Below are positions 51,883-60,769 of a stretch of 64,000 nucleotides of DNA, piece by piece (the first letter of the stretch is position 1; the number at the start of each line of letters is the position of its first letter). This DNA comes from an uncultured Actinomycetota bacterium (GTDB lineage: Bacteria; Actinomycetota; Actinomycetes; Propionibacteriales; Propionibacteriaceae), in NCBI GenBank assembly GCA_963697765.1, contig CAVOPC010000003.1, positions 230,775-294,774 on the forward strand, in the 5' to 3' direction. The position numbers and the translations under genes are program-made. The notes under the pieces are model-generated. The model ran no database searches. It was not told the DNA's origin and saw only the letters and a list, made by a program, of their open reading frames with translations.

Positions 51883-52420
51883 CTACCAGGACAGGGTGCT
51901 CGGTTCGCCTTGAACGGGCCGAGCGCTTGGGCGCAGTCCACCCGCCGGAGGAGCCGCCCGGCTCGCGCTGCACCTGACCCGGATCGTCATCCCCTGTACT
52001 ACCAGCGGGTGCCTTAAGGCGCGAGCACATACTCGTAACGATCGACATGCCGCCGCAGGCACTCGTTGCGCGACGGGCACCATTTCCGGCTGGCGATCAC
52101 CCCGTTGAACGGTCTCAGCCGGATAGATCAGGTGCAGCTCGCGAGCGGCCACAGTGCTCCACAGCAGCCCGCCGATGTACGTGGGCGAGGTGTACCGGCT
52201 GCGGCCGGTGGCCGCCAGGTCGGCGCCGATGATGTCCGCAGGCAGTCCGTGGCGGGATCCGTGAGCGCGTCCATGCTGCGCCAGGTGTCCGCCGCCCAGC
52301 GCAGCAGTTCGCAATTCACGAGTCGTCTAGTCAGAATCCAGTCCAGCTTTCGCATCCAACGCTTCTCGGCTCGTTTCTCGGCGTGCGCCGGGCAGGGCCG
52401 GGGAGGGGGACACCCCGGTG
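51883..52420 (-). mobile_element. Degenerate IS5-family (DUF4096 / IS427-like) transposase remnant
   Basis: Minus-strand fragments lie in two frames. LVNCELLRWAADTWRSMDAL resembles the motif RRWxxDGTWxxLxxAL. ATGRSR...ELHL...TVQRGDRQPEMVPV resembles ALGRSRGGLTTKIHL...TPGQxGDxPQxxPL. There is no intact ORF and I found no inverted repeats. Confidence 0.4.
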
Positions 52421-52530
52421 AACTGCCTGTGGTTGTCGTCCAGACCCAACAGGCTCGGCGAGGCGGGAACCGCCCAAGTTGAGGCGGATGCCCCACGCCC
52501 CGGAAGCCCTGCCTGGTGCAGCGTGGATGC

Positions 52531-53274
52531 ATGACAACTACGACACCCCGCAAGGCCGTCGAGGAACTGCAGAAGCAGCCTCTGCTGGTCCATGGCGATG
52601 ACGAACGATTCACCGGCTACGGCGTGATGGGACTGCCCTTCACCTCCGGCCACCACCTCGGACTCCGCGACATGGTGGCCACCTCGATCGGACCGGCGTA
52701 CCGATCCATCTGGCTCCGGGACCCAGACGAGCGTTGGGCGATCCACGCAACCGGGCCGGCGGACGTGACCTGTCCGCGGTACTTCGGAGCCGTTGCCGCC
52801 TGGGCCTACGCCCCTGCCGTCGACGTGGCCTGGGAGGGTGACCACTGCCTGGTGGTGACCGCTGGGGACTGGTTGAACTGGCGGATCGAGCTCGCAGAGA
52901 CGCCTGCGACCTGGGTGATGACCGGGATGGGTGGGGCGCTGCCCGAGGCGGCCTGGAACAGTAACGCGGTGCTCGCGGGCATGGGACCGCTGGCGCGCAC
53001 GATGTTGCGCACCGGACGGATCCGGCTGTGCGGGTCGACTCCCAACGGACAACACTTCCGGGTGGCTCCGCTGAAGGTCTGGCGGGTGGTCGGCTCCACG
53101 GCGACGTTGCGAGGCGTAGATCTCGGCGCCCCGGCTCCGCTGCCCGAACAGGTCTCCCTCGGTGACTTCTGGTTGCCCCAGCGAGGCCTCTTCTTCGTCG
53201 GGCACGCACGGTTCTCCACTGGGGCTGGAGACGATGTCCACCCCATTCCCTCGAGCGCGACAATGGAGGCATGA
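52531..53274 (+). CDS. Conserved hypothetical protein, translationally coupled to the HD-GYP/LuxR regulator
   Basis: 247 aa from ATG 52531 (MTTTTPRKAVEELQKQPLLVHGDDERFTGYGVMGLPF...). It is not hydrophobic and I recognise no motif. Its stop overlaps the next start (ATGA at 53271). Confidence 0.55.
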   Translation: MTTTTPRKAVEELQKQPLLVHGDDERFTGYGVMGLPFTSGHHLGLRDMVATSIGPAYRSIWLRDPDERWAIHATGPADVTCPRYFGAVAAWAYAPAVDVAWEGDHCLVVTAGDWLNWRIELAETPATWVMTGMGGALPEAAWNSNAVLAGMGPLARTMLRTGRIRLCGSTPNGQHFRVAPLKVWRVVGSTATLRGVDLGAPAPLPEQVSLGDFWLPQRGLFFVGHARFSTGAGDDVHPIPSSATMEA

Positions 53275-54824
53275 CGTCGCTTCCGCCTCGACGAGCCGAG
53301 GTATTGGCCGGCCTGTCCGTCGCGATTGACCTCGGCCTCGGACAGCCGGCGGAGCACATGCTCCGCGCGTCGATCGTCGCGGCCCGGCTGGCGCGGCGCC
53401 TGGGTCTCGACGCCCAGCAGCAGGCCACCGTCTACTACACGACCCAACTCATGTGGATCGGCTGCAACGCGGACTCCCAGGAGTACGCCCGTTGGTTCGG
53501 GGACGACATCGCCGTCCGTCGCGACGCCTACCTCGTGGACTGGTCCGGACTGCCCTACCTCCGCTTCTTGCTCGGCAATGTCGCCCGCGGCGCGCCGGTC
53601 GCGCAGCGGGTGCGGGTGCTGTCCACGTTGATGCGTGATGCCCGAGGGCAACTCGGCACCCTGATCCACTCCCACTGCTCGTCCGCCGCTGTGCTGGCCA
53701 GGCACCTGGAGCTGAGCGCCGACGTCGAGCGCACTCTGGCGTACACGTTCGAGCGCTACGACGGCACCGGGCTGCCCGCCGGCGCGAGCGGCGATGGCAT
53801 CCCGATCGAGATGCGGGTGGCGCAGCTAGCCGATGTGGCCGAGGTGCACGAGCGGACGTACGGCATCGGCGGTGCGGTCGCGATGGCCAGGAGTAGGCGC
53901 GGCGGACACCTCGACCCCGCCGTCGTCGACGCCTTCACCGCCGAGGCGCAAGCCCTCTTCCCGGCACCCGGGGAGGACCCGTGGAACCTGGCGGTCGCAC
54001 TCGCGCCCGACGTCGACGTACGCCTGGACGACCCCCGGCTCGACGGCTTGCTCGCCGCGATCGGCGACTTCGTCGACCTCAAATGTCCATTCACGCTCGG
54101 ACACTCGAGGAACGTCGCGGCGCTCGCCGAGGCCGCCGCCGGCCCGCTCGGATTCCAGTCCGGGGACGTCGGCGCCGTGCGCCGGGCAGGGCTCGTGCAT
54201 GACATCGGCAGGATCGGGGTGTCGAACCAGGTGTGGCAGAAGCCGTCCGACTTAACGAGGGCCGAGTGGGAGCGGGTGCGGATGCACGCCTACCTCACCG
54301 ATCGGGTGCTGACCCGCATCCCAGGCCTTGGGCAGGTCGCCGCTATTGCCCGCGCCCACCACGAGCATCTCGACGGGTCCGGCTATCCGCTCGGTCTCTC
54401 GGGACGGGCCCTCGGCCGGCCGGAGCGCCTTCTCGCGGCGGCCGTCGCCTACCAGTCGGCACTGGAGCCGCGGCCCTACCGCGAAGCCTTCGGTCCCGAG
54501 GCAGCGGCAGCCCGCCTGAAGGATCGGGTCGGCCGCGGCCATCTCGACGCAGAGAGTGTCGAGGCCGTGCTAGCCGTCGCCGGACACGCGAGGCGGCGGA
54601 TCCACCGTCCGGACGCACTCACCACGCGGGAGGCCGAGATCCTCGGCCTGGTGGCCCGTGGCCTCTCCAACCGCGAAATCGCCGAGCGCCTCGTGCTCAG
54701 CCAAAAGACCGTCCGCAACCATGTCGAGCGCACATACACCAAGATCGGCGCGACCAATCGGGTTGGCGCCAGCCTCTACGCCCTTGAGCAGGGTCTGGTC
54801 GGGCCGGGCGACGACACAGGGTGA
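53271..54824 (+). CDS. Tandem HD-GYP-type domains (first degenerate, second intact) fused to a LuxR-type HTH
   Basis: Domain 2 is LGHSRNVAALAE...LVHDIGRIGV...ARAHHEHLDGSGYPLGL. Domain 1 lacks HD and keeps only TFERYDGTGLP. The C-terminus TTREAEILGLVARGLSNREIAERLVLSQKTVRNHVERTYTKIG is a LuxR/GerE HTH. Confidence 0.82.
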   Translation: MTSLPPRRAEVLAGLSVAIDLGLGQPAEHMLRASIVAARLARRLGLDAQQQATVYYTTQLMWIGCNADSQEYARWFGDDIAVRRDAYLVDWSGLPYLRFLLGNVARGAPVAQRVRVLSTLMRDARGQLGTLIHSHCSSAAVLARHLELSADVERTLAYTFERYDGTGLPAGASGDGIPIEMRVAQLADVAEVHERTYGIGGAVAMARSRRGGHLDPAVVDAFTAEAQALFPAPGEDPWNLAVALAPDVDVRLDDPRLDGLLAAIGDFVDLKCPFTLGHSRNVAALAEAAAGPLGFQSGDVGAVRRAGLVHDIGRIGVSNQVWQKPSDLTRAEWERVRMHAYLTDRVLTRIPGLGQVAAIARAHHEHLDGSGYPLGLSGRALGRPERLLAAAVAYQSALEPRPYREAFGPEAAAARLKDRVGRGHLDAESVEAVLAVAGHARRRIHRPDALTTREAEILGLVARGLSNREIAERLVLSQKTVRNHVERTYTKIGATNRVGASLYALEQGLVGPGDDTG

Positions 54825-55041
54825 CGTCTGGCGCACCGAAACTACACGTGCCGACGAAGACCGACATCTGATCCCCCGCCGAGTCAGGAGCTGTACAGCG
54901 AGTGGTTACGTGCGCCCCAGCGCCAACGCACCGCTGGCCGGGGCGTCCGCAGACTCGCACCGAAGGCAGCAGGATGCGAGGGGTCAGACCGGCCCGCACC
55001 GGAAACGGCGCTATCGAGCCGTGATCGATCGGATGTCGGCT

Positions 55042-55734
55042 TCATGCCCCGACGAGAGTCGCCCGGTATCTGTCGTACTTCCGTTTGCCGACCCATCGCC
55101 ACAGCAGCCGCACTGGGGGAGGCAACTCCTTACGAAGGAACTCCTCGCCGCCGTCGGGTTGAGCGGCCAAGATCAATCCGAGGCTGGGCCAGGTGTAACC
55201 CTTGGGGGTCGCTTTGCGTCCGTGTTGGGAGAACCATGTGATCTCGGCTTTGGTGATCGTGTATTCCATCACCGGCACGATGGTGGTCTCTTCGTCCGGC
55301 AGGTGCACGGCCAGGGCCGCGTTCACGCCGTCCAAGGCGTTCAGCACTGCAGCCGCATTCGTCGCGTTTGGGGTCGAACGCCATGCGGGTAGCACGGAGT
55401 CCATCTGCTCGAGCTGTACCAGCATGTCGCGATGCTGCTTCTGCATGCGCGTCACGTGCAATGCACAACCGGGGGCCCGCTCGCTCAAGGCCGGCCAAAG
55501 GCGCTGGTCCTCGCCCTCGTGGTGCGCGTGCAGGGCGGTGGAGAGCATCGCGAGGTGGCCTGCAACGGCCTCGACGTGCCGGCGATCACCCTCCCGGACA
55601 CCGCGGACCAGCGCCGGCCCTTCAGCGAAGCTGGAGCGGAACAAGCGGTGAATCATGGCCATTCCGCTCGCGTCACAGGTCTTCGCAGCGTCCTTGGGCA
55701 GGTCCCAATTCGAGTGCAGGGCGTCATCCACCAT
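55042..55734 (-). CDS. Hemerythrin (HHE cation-binding) domain protein
   Basis: 230 aa. MIHRLFRSSF..., LHAHHEGEDQRLWPAL and HRDML are spaced His/Glu metal-ligand motifs typical of the hemerythrin-like family. Confidence 0.75.
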   Translation of the reverse strand: MVDDALHSNWDLPKDAAKTCDASGMAMIHRLFRSSFAEGPALVRGVREGDRRHVEAVAGHLAMLSTALHAHHEGEDQRLWPALSERAPGCALHVTRMQKQHRDMLVQLEQMDSVLPAWRSTPNATNAAAVLNALDGVNAALAVHLPDEETTIVPVMEYTITKAEITWFSQHGRKATPKGYTWPSLGLILAAQPDGGEEFLRKELPPPVRLLWRWVGKRKYDRYRATLVGA

Positions 55735-56009
55735 GACAGGATCCTCTCGGTTACCAGGAGGGTATTGCCTGGCCGATGACCGCGGAAGAGGCCGGCCGAT
55801 CCCCGCCTACCCTCACCGGGAATCACTGCCACGCCCACACTGAGCAACGCACCCCAAGCACCAGCCCCGGCTAAACGCGCGGACTGCCGATGACCGGGTG
55901 GTCCCCATTGTTCAAAGGCCGCTTCTCGCTGGGATGAGCCCGGAGTTTGGAACGGCTCGCCGGAAAGGTTTGCCCTTGCGCTAAGTGTCGACGAATAATA
56001 CTGTGAGGT

Positions 56010-56339
56010 ATGGCTAAGTATTCAGCTCTCGACGAGGTCTTCGCAGCACTCGCCGATCCGACCAGGCGTGCGGTCATCCGACGGCTCGGCGCGGGGCCTG
56101 CAAGCGTGGGGGAACTGGCCAGGCCGTTCCCCATCACGCTGCCGTCCTTCATGAAGCACGTCCGGACGCTGGAGTCCAGCGGGTTGATCCGCACGCGCAA
56201 GTCCGGACGGGTCCGCGCGTGCACGCTCGACCGCGACCGGCTCTCGCTCGTCGAGGACTGGCTCGCTGGTGAGCGCAGGCTCTGGGAGCGGCGCACCGAC
56301 CGCCTCGAGCAGTTCGTGACCGATCAGGAGACCCGATGA
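56010..56339 (+). CDS. ArsR/SmtB family transcriptional regulator
   Basis: FAALADPTRRAVIRRLGAGPASVGELARPFPITLPSFMKHVRTLESSGLIRTRKSGRVR. 109 aa. It overlaps the next gene by ATGA. Confidence 0.9.
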   Translation: MAKYSALDEVFAALADPTRRAVIRRLGAGPASVGELARPFPITLPSFMKHVRTLESSGLIRTRKSGRVRACTLDRDRLSLVEDWLAGERRLWERRTDRLEQFVTDQETR

Positions 56340-56824
56340 CCACCGCGACAGACCCACGCCTCGACCTCACACTGGAGCGCGTCATTCGTGCGCCGCGCTC
56401 CTCAATATGGCGCGCGTGGACGGAGCCGACGCGTCTCGGGCGGTGGTGGGTGCCTGCGCCCACGATCGCCCGGGTCGACCGCCTCGAGGTCGAGCCCGGC
56501 GGTGCGTTCGTCACCAGCATGAGCGATGACGGCGACGCGTACACGCCGCACATGGACGCGATCTTCCTTGTGGTCGAGCCGCAGCACCGGCTCGTCTTCA
56601 CCAACGCGATCAATAGCGCATGGCGGCCCGCCGCGCCGGCGCCGGTGCCGATGACCGCAGAGATCGCGCTCGACGATCATCCCGACGGGACCGACTATCG
56701 CGTGATCGTGAGACACGGCAGCCCCGCCGACCGCGACCGACATGAGGAGATCGGGTTCTTCGACGGGTGGGCGTCGGTCACCGCGGCGCTGGCAGCCCTC
56801 GTCGAGAAGGAGGCACTGAAATGA
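56336..56824 (+). CDS. SRPBCC (Aha1/START-like) domain protein
   Basis: 162 aa. LERVIRAPRSSIWRAWTEPTRLGRWW is the typical N-terminal signature. It is the usual partner of ArsR in this two-gene module. Confidence 0.82.
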   Translation: MTTATDPRLDLTLERVIRAPRSSIWRAWTEPTRLGRWWVPAPTIARVDRLEVEPGGAFVTSMSDDGDAYTPHMDAIFLVVEPQHRLVFTNAINSAWRPAAPAPVPMTAEIALDDHPDGTDYRVIVRHGSPADRDRHEEIGFFDGWASVTAALAALVEKEALK

Positions 56825-57444
56825 AGATCGTCATCACGCAGTTCATCTCGCTGGACGGCGTCTCCCAGGGGCCGGGGTCGGCCTCTGAGGATCCGAGCGG
56901 CGGGTTCCTCCGGGGCGGGTGGTTCGTCCCATACCTGGACAACGCGTTCGTTCGGCAGGCGTCGGAGTGGCTCGACCGCGCCGACGGCCTGCTGCTAGGT
57001 CGAAGGACCTACGAGGCGTTCGCTCGTGACTGGCCGCAGATCTCCGAGCCCGATCCCTTCACAGCGCGTATGAACGGGCTGCCGAAGTACGTCGTCAGCA
57101 ACTCCCTTGATCAGGGCGGCTGGAATCCCACCACGGTCCTCCGTGGCGACGTCGCCGATACGGTCGGCGCCCTCAAGGCCCAGGATGGCCGCGAACTGCA
57201 GGTGCACGGAAGTGCCCGTCTGGCAGCAACGCTGCTCGATGCGGGTCTCATCGACGGACTCCGCCTCGCCGTCGCGCCCGTGATCGTCGCGCAGGGCCGA
57301 CGGCTGCTATCGGGGGATGGGGACGCAGGACTCCGGCTGATTGAGCAGCGGACGATGCCCTCGGGAGTCGTCGTGCTGGAGTACCAGGTCACCGGTGCCG
57401 CACCGCTTGCAGACTATGAAGGTCTGGGGCCGATCGTCGACTGA
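56821..57444 (+). CDS. Dihydrofolate reductase family protein (RibD C-terminal domain-like)
   Basis: ATG 56821 (ATGA overlap). Motifs are MKIVITQFISLDGVSQGPG, LLLGRRTYEAF, KYVVSNSL and ELQVHGSARL. Confidence 0.82.
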   Translation: MKIVITQFISLDGVSQGPGSASEDPSGGFLRGGWFVPYLDNAFVRQASEWLDRADGLLLGRRTYEAFARDWPQISEPDPFTARMNGLPKYVVSNSLDQGGWNPTTVLRGDVADTVGALKAQDGRELQVHGSARLAATLLDAGLIDGLRLAVAPVIVAQGRRLLSGDGDAGLRLIEQRTMPSGVVVLEYQVTGAAPLADYEGLGPIVD

Positions 57445-57660
57445 CCGCGGCCGAGGACGCGCTTCGATCTGGGATCGGAGCGTGACCACTGTAGAAGCCG
57501 AAGCTCGGCGATTTGAAGGGTCCGGGGCCATCCAAGGTGAGATGAGTCGCTAACTGAGGGCGTGTTGATGGGGCGGCTCAAGTGAAACCCAACATGTTTG
57601 GGCCACGGCACCAGGCCAGCGGTGCACCGCCTGTGGAGGGCCCCATGGCAGTGAGGATTC

Positions 57661-57936
57661 CTAAGTACCGCTCACCGGTCGGGTCTTCACCACCGTCGTC
57701 GCGGCTTTCGCCGCGCGATCTGGGCTTCCTGGACGACATCCCAGATGTCGGCTCGTCCAGTGGTCGGCTGAGAGCCATTGCGGACCCGTGCCGTCAGCGC
57801 CAATGAAGTCCAAGTGCGGGGAGTCGCAGCCCTCGATCTCCACCGCGGCGGATGCCACGTCGGGGTAGAGCCCGATGTCGTGGCCATCGATCACGAACAC
57901 CGGACTGGGCGAAAGCATGAACCGATCTTGCGGCAT
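57661..57936 (-). CDS. Hypothetical protein (possibly frame-disrupted)
   Basis: MPQDRFMLSPSPVFVIDGHDIGLYPDVASAAVEIEGCDSPHLDFIGADGT looks coding. The C-terminal third is low-complexity, and a better-looking continuation (ADIWDVVQEAQIARRK) lies in another frame. Confidence 0.3.
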   Translation of the reverse strand: MPQDRFMLSPSPVFVIDGHDIGLYPDVASAAVEIEGCDSPHLDFIGADGTGPQWLSADHWTSRHLGCRPGSPDRAAKAATTVVKTRPVSGT

Positions 57937-58026
57937 CCTGCAAGCCGCGAAGACCTCAAGAGATTCCGCTTCTGCCGCATGGGGAGAGGTGCGAGTTGGT
58001 CGTTTTGGTGAACTCACGAGGTGCGG

Positions 58027-58530
58027 CTATTCGCCGGTTGCGCCGTCGATCGCCTCTCGGATCAAGTCGGCGTGGCCGTTATGGCGGGCCCATTCCTCGA
58101 TCAGGTGTAGGTAGAGGGTGCGGATCGACCAGGACTCGCCGCCACGCTCGAAGGTGTCGTCCAGATCGAACCGGGCAGCGACCATATCTACCATGGGCCA
58201 CTCGTCCACCAGTTGCTGGTAGTCCTCGGCGGCACGATCGGGGTCGAGCCGGGTCCATTCCTTGTCATCGAGGTAGAGGTTGGGGACGTCCTCTCCTGCG
58301 ACCCGATGGCGCCACCAGTGACGTTCCACTTCCGCCATGTGGCGCACGATTCCGAGCAGCGTCATGTTGGAGGTGGGAATCGCATGACTGACCAGTTGGT
58401 TGCCGGTCAGCCCGGCCACCTTCCACAGCAGCGTCTGGCGGTGCCAAGTGATGAACGCCTCGAGGGCCTGCCGCTCCGGTAGGTCGAGCGGGAAGTCCTG
58501 CCGGGTCATCTGGGGGGCTGTCCACGTCAT
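58027..58530 (-). CDS. DinB family protein (DUF664 / mycothiol-transferase-like four-helix bundle)
   Basis: 167 aa. LLGIVRHMAEVERHWW and LIEEWARHNGHADLIRE carry the spaced His metal triad typical of the DinB/DUF664 fold. Confidence 0.8.
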   Translation of the reverse strand: MTWTAPQMTRQDFPLDLPERQALEAFITWHRQTLLWKVAGLTGNQLVSHAIPTSNMTLLGIVRHMAEVERHWWRHRVAGEDVPNLYLDDKEWTRLDPDRAAEDYQQLVDEWPMVDMVAARFDLDDTFERGGESWSIRTLYLHLIEEWARHNGHADLIREAIDGATGE

Positions 58531-58790
58531 GGATCAATCGTCGCGCAAGGGCGCAAGGTCCCCAACAAACTCGGCACCGGGGCCCGTGAAGCATGCCGCC
58601 TGCTCCGTCTCGGGATCGGGGACCGGGCTCACTCATTTCCTTGCCCGTCTCGGTTTCCGTCTGCGGATCCAAACGACCCTCCGCGGATCGTGATCTCCGA
58701 GGCATGACATGTGGGTCTTCCGTTGCGGAGATACGCGCCGGAGCAAAGCTGGGACGTTGCGCGCATCCGAAGGTGGGTAGGGTCGACGAC

Positions 58791-59300
58791 ATGGTTCCTG
58801 GCCTGCTTGGCTCGCTGGACTTCGACCGCTGGGACGAACCCAGATCGGATTTGGACCTGCGGGCAAGTCTTGTGGGTTGGCTCGCATACCAGAGGCATGA
58901 GTTCCAGCGGAAGTGGCGCGATCTCACGCCCGAGCAGCTGGCAGCGTGGTCGATACCGCCGGTCCAACTCTCGGTGCTTGGGCTCATTCGGCACATGCAG
59001 CAGATGGAGCACGCCTACCTGAGTTGGGGTCTCGGCGGTGGAGATCAGTTGGAGACGTACGGGGATGACGACTACGCCGGCGGATCGGCCGAGACCGTCC
59101 AAGACGACGTGGGGCTGTACCTGGAGGAGGTCTCCCGGGCAGATGAGGCCGTCAAGTCCATTCCCGCCCTGGGCGCCGTCGGGCGGGGGCACGGCCAGCC
59201 GCTCGGGCACACGTTGATCAAAATGGTCGACGAGTACGCACTCCACAGTGGTCAGGCCCACATGCTGCGATTCGCTGCCTTGGGAAGGCTGCAGAGGTAG
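58791..59300 (+). CDS. DinB family protein (DUF664-like), paralogous in type to 58027..58530
   Basis: ATG 58791 (MVPGLLGSLDFDRWDEP...). Motifs are LGLIRHMQQMEHAYLSW and MVDEYALHSGQAHMLR. The upstream 66 aa of the track ORF are shadow. Confidence 0.75.
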   Translation: MVPGLLGSLDFDRWDEPRSDLDLRASLVGWLAYQRHEFQRKWRDLTPEQLAAWSIPPVQLSVLGLIRHMQQMEHAYLSWGLGGGDQLETYGDDDYAGGSAETVQDDVGLYLEEVSRADEAVKSIPALGAVGRGHGQPLGHTLIKMVDEYALHSGQAHMLRFAALGRLQR

Positions 59301-59363
59301 TTCCTCCGACAGTGCTCTGCCAAACGCGCTGATCTGCCGCGGAGCGCTTGGTGCGGTTGAAGA

Positions 59364-59564
59364 TCAGGGCCGGAGGCTGACCCCTTGTTCTCGCAGGATC
59401 TTGATAGCGCGAGGGCCGACCCCATGGAGGTCAAGCAGCACACGTTCGCTACTCCCTTCGAGGTCACCGAGAGTGCGGAGACCCGCGGCCTCGAAGGCTC
59501 GAATGGCGGGCCGACCCAAAGCCGTCGGCAGAGGTGTGGATGACTTCGGCATGTCGGACATCAT
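59364..59564 (-). CDS. Small helix-hairpin-helix DNA-binding protein
   Basis: 66 aa. ALGRPAIRAFEAAGLRTLGDLEGSSERVLLDLHGVGPRAIKILREQG is an HhH / RpoA-CTD-like motif. Confidence 0.5.
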   Translation of the reverse strand: MMSDMPKSSTPLPTALGRPAIRAFEAAGLRTLGDLEGSSERVLLDLHGVGPRAIKILREQGVSLRP

Positions 59565-59868
59565 CTACAACCAAATGAGGGATCTGCAAGGGCACGAATC
59601 ATCCGCTGCTGCCGCGTCGGGCGCGGTCGATCTTGTCTAGTTGCGCGTGGCGCAGTTGGCAGGTCGGGCGTACTGAGCTGGCACGGTGGCCCTGCCAGTC
59701 CCGCGGCCGCGCGAACCCTATTTTTGGTGCCTGGATGGTCTCGACGAAGTCGGCGACTGCGGTGGCGCAGTATTGAAGGTGGTGACGTGGTCGTCGGGAC
59801 GGTTAGTCGCTCGATTCGAACGTGGGGTGTGAAGTCGGCGCTGTCGTAATCCGTCTCCCCCTTGGCCA

Positions 59869-60759
59869 TCAGCGGCCAAGGGTGGCCTCTGTGTCGAGCC
59901 GTCCGAGCTTTTCTGGGTTGGCGATCGAATGGACCCGCGTCACCCGTCCGTCTTCGACGGTGAGGCTCACGACGCAGACCAGCCGTCCGTCCAGCTCCAT
60001 TCGAATGCCGCGCTGCCCGTTGACCCACGTCGCCGAAACGCAGGGCACGCCGTCGACCTTCGCCAGCCCGCCCACCAGGTAGCGAGCCAGCCGTTCCGCT
60101 CCGACGATGGGTCGACGCGCTGCGCCGCGGACCTTCCCGCCTCCGTCAGTCACCGAGACCACGTTGGGCGCCAGGACGTCCATGAGGCCTTGGAGGTCGC
60201 CGGTGTTGAGGGCGACGACGAGCCGATCCACCACCTCGGCGTGCTCGGACCGGACGACGCGCACCCTCGGGCGCCGCGCGGAGACGTGGTCCTTCGCGCG
60301 ATGCGCGATCTGCCGGACCGCTACCGGCGACTTGTCGACGACCTCCGCGATCTCGTCGTAGGGCATGTCGAATACCTCGCGGAGCACGAAGACCGCACGT
60401 TCGGCCGGCCCGAGCGTTTCCAGCACGGTCAGCATCGCGATCGACACGTTCTCGGCCAGCTCAACGTCGTCTGCGATGTCGGGACTGGTCAGCAACGGCT
60501 CGGGAAGCCACTCACCGACATAGGTTTCGCGGCGGCGTGCCAGGGTGCGCAGGTGGTTGAGCGCCTGGCGCGTCACAATCCGCACGAGGTAAGCCCGCGG
60601 GTCGTTTACCTGCGATTGATCGACCGAAGCCCAACGCAGCCAAGACTCCTGGAGCACGTCCTCGGCGTCAGCCGCCGACCCCAGGAGCTCGTAGGCGACG
60701 GTGAACAGCAAACTGCGATGGACAACGAACGGATCGACCGCCCCGCTGGCGCTGGTCAT
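59869..60759 (-). CDS. ECF sigma factor with a C-terminal SnoaL-like extension (ECF41 / SigJ type)
   Basis: Sigma region 2 is FTVAYELLGSAADAEDVLQESWLRW and region 4 is ERAVFVLREVFDMPYDEIAEVVDKSPVAVRQIAHRAK. A ~110-aa C-terminal NTF2-like tail follows (LMDVLAPNVVSVTDGGG...). Confidence 0.87.
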   Translation of the reverse strand: MTSASGAVDPFVVHRSLLFTVAYELLGSAADAEDVLQESWLRWASVDQSQVNDPRAYLVRIVTRQALNHLRTLARRRETYVGEWLPEPLLTSPDIADDVELAENVSIAMLTVLETLGPAERAVFVLREVFDMPYDEIAEVVDKSPVAVRQIAHRAKDHVSARRPRVRVVRSEHAEVVDRLVVALNTGDLQGLMDVLAPNVVSVTDGGGKVRGAARRPIVGAERLARYLVGGLAKVDGVPCVSATWVNGQRGIRMELDGRLVCVVSLTVEDGRVTRVHSIANPEKLGRLDTEATLGR

Positions 60760-60769
60760 GGCGAGGAGC

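Noticed and set aside
51858-52515. Plus-strand ORFs 52047..52232 and 52066..52482 as possible genes.
   Set aside because: Their translations are low-complexity. The region is better explained by the minus-strand IS5-like remnant.
59561-59869. An ORF starting MAKGETDYDSADFTPHVRIERL whose ATG overlaps the ECF sigma stop codon by 1 nt (TGATG), suggesting a coupled downstream gene such as an anti-sigma factor.
   Set aside because: After about 28 codons the translation becomes Arg/Pro-rich and the third-position GC bias disappears. I found no TM or zinc-binding anti-sigma motif. ECF41 sigmas are not expected to have one.
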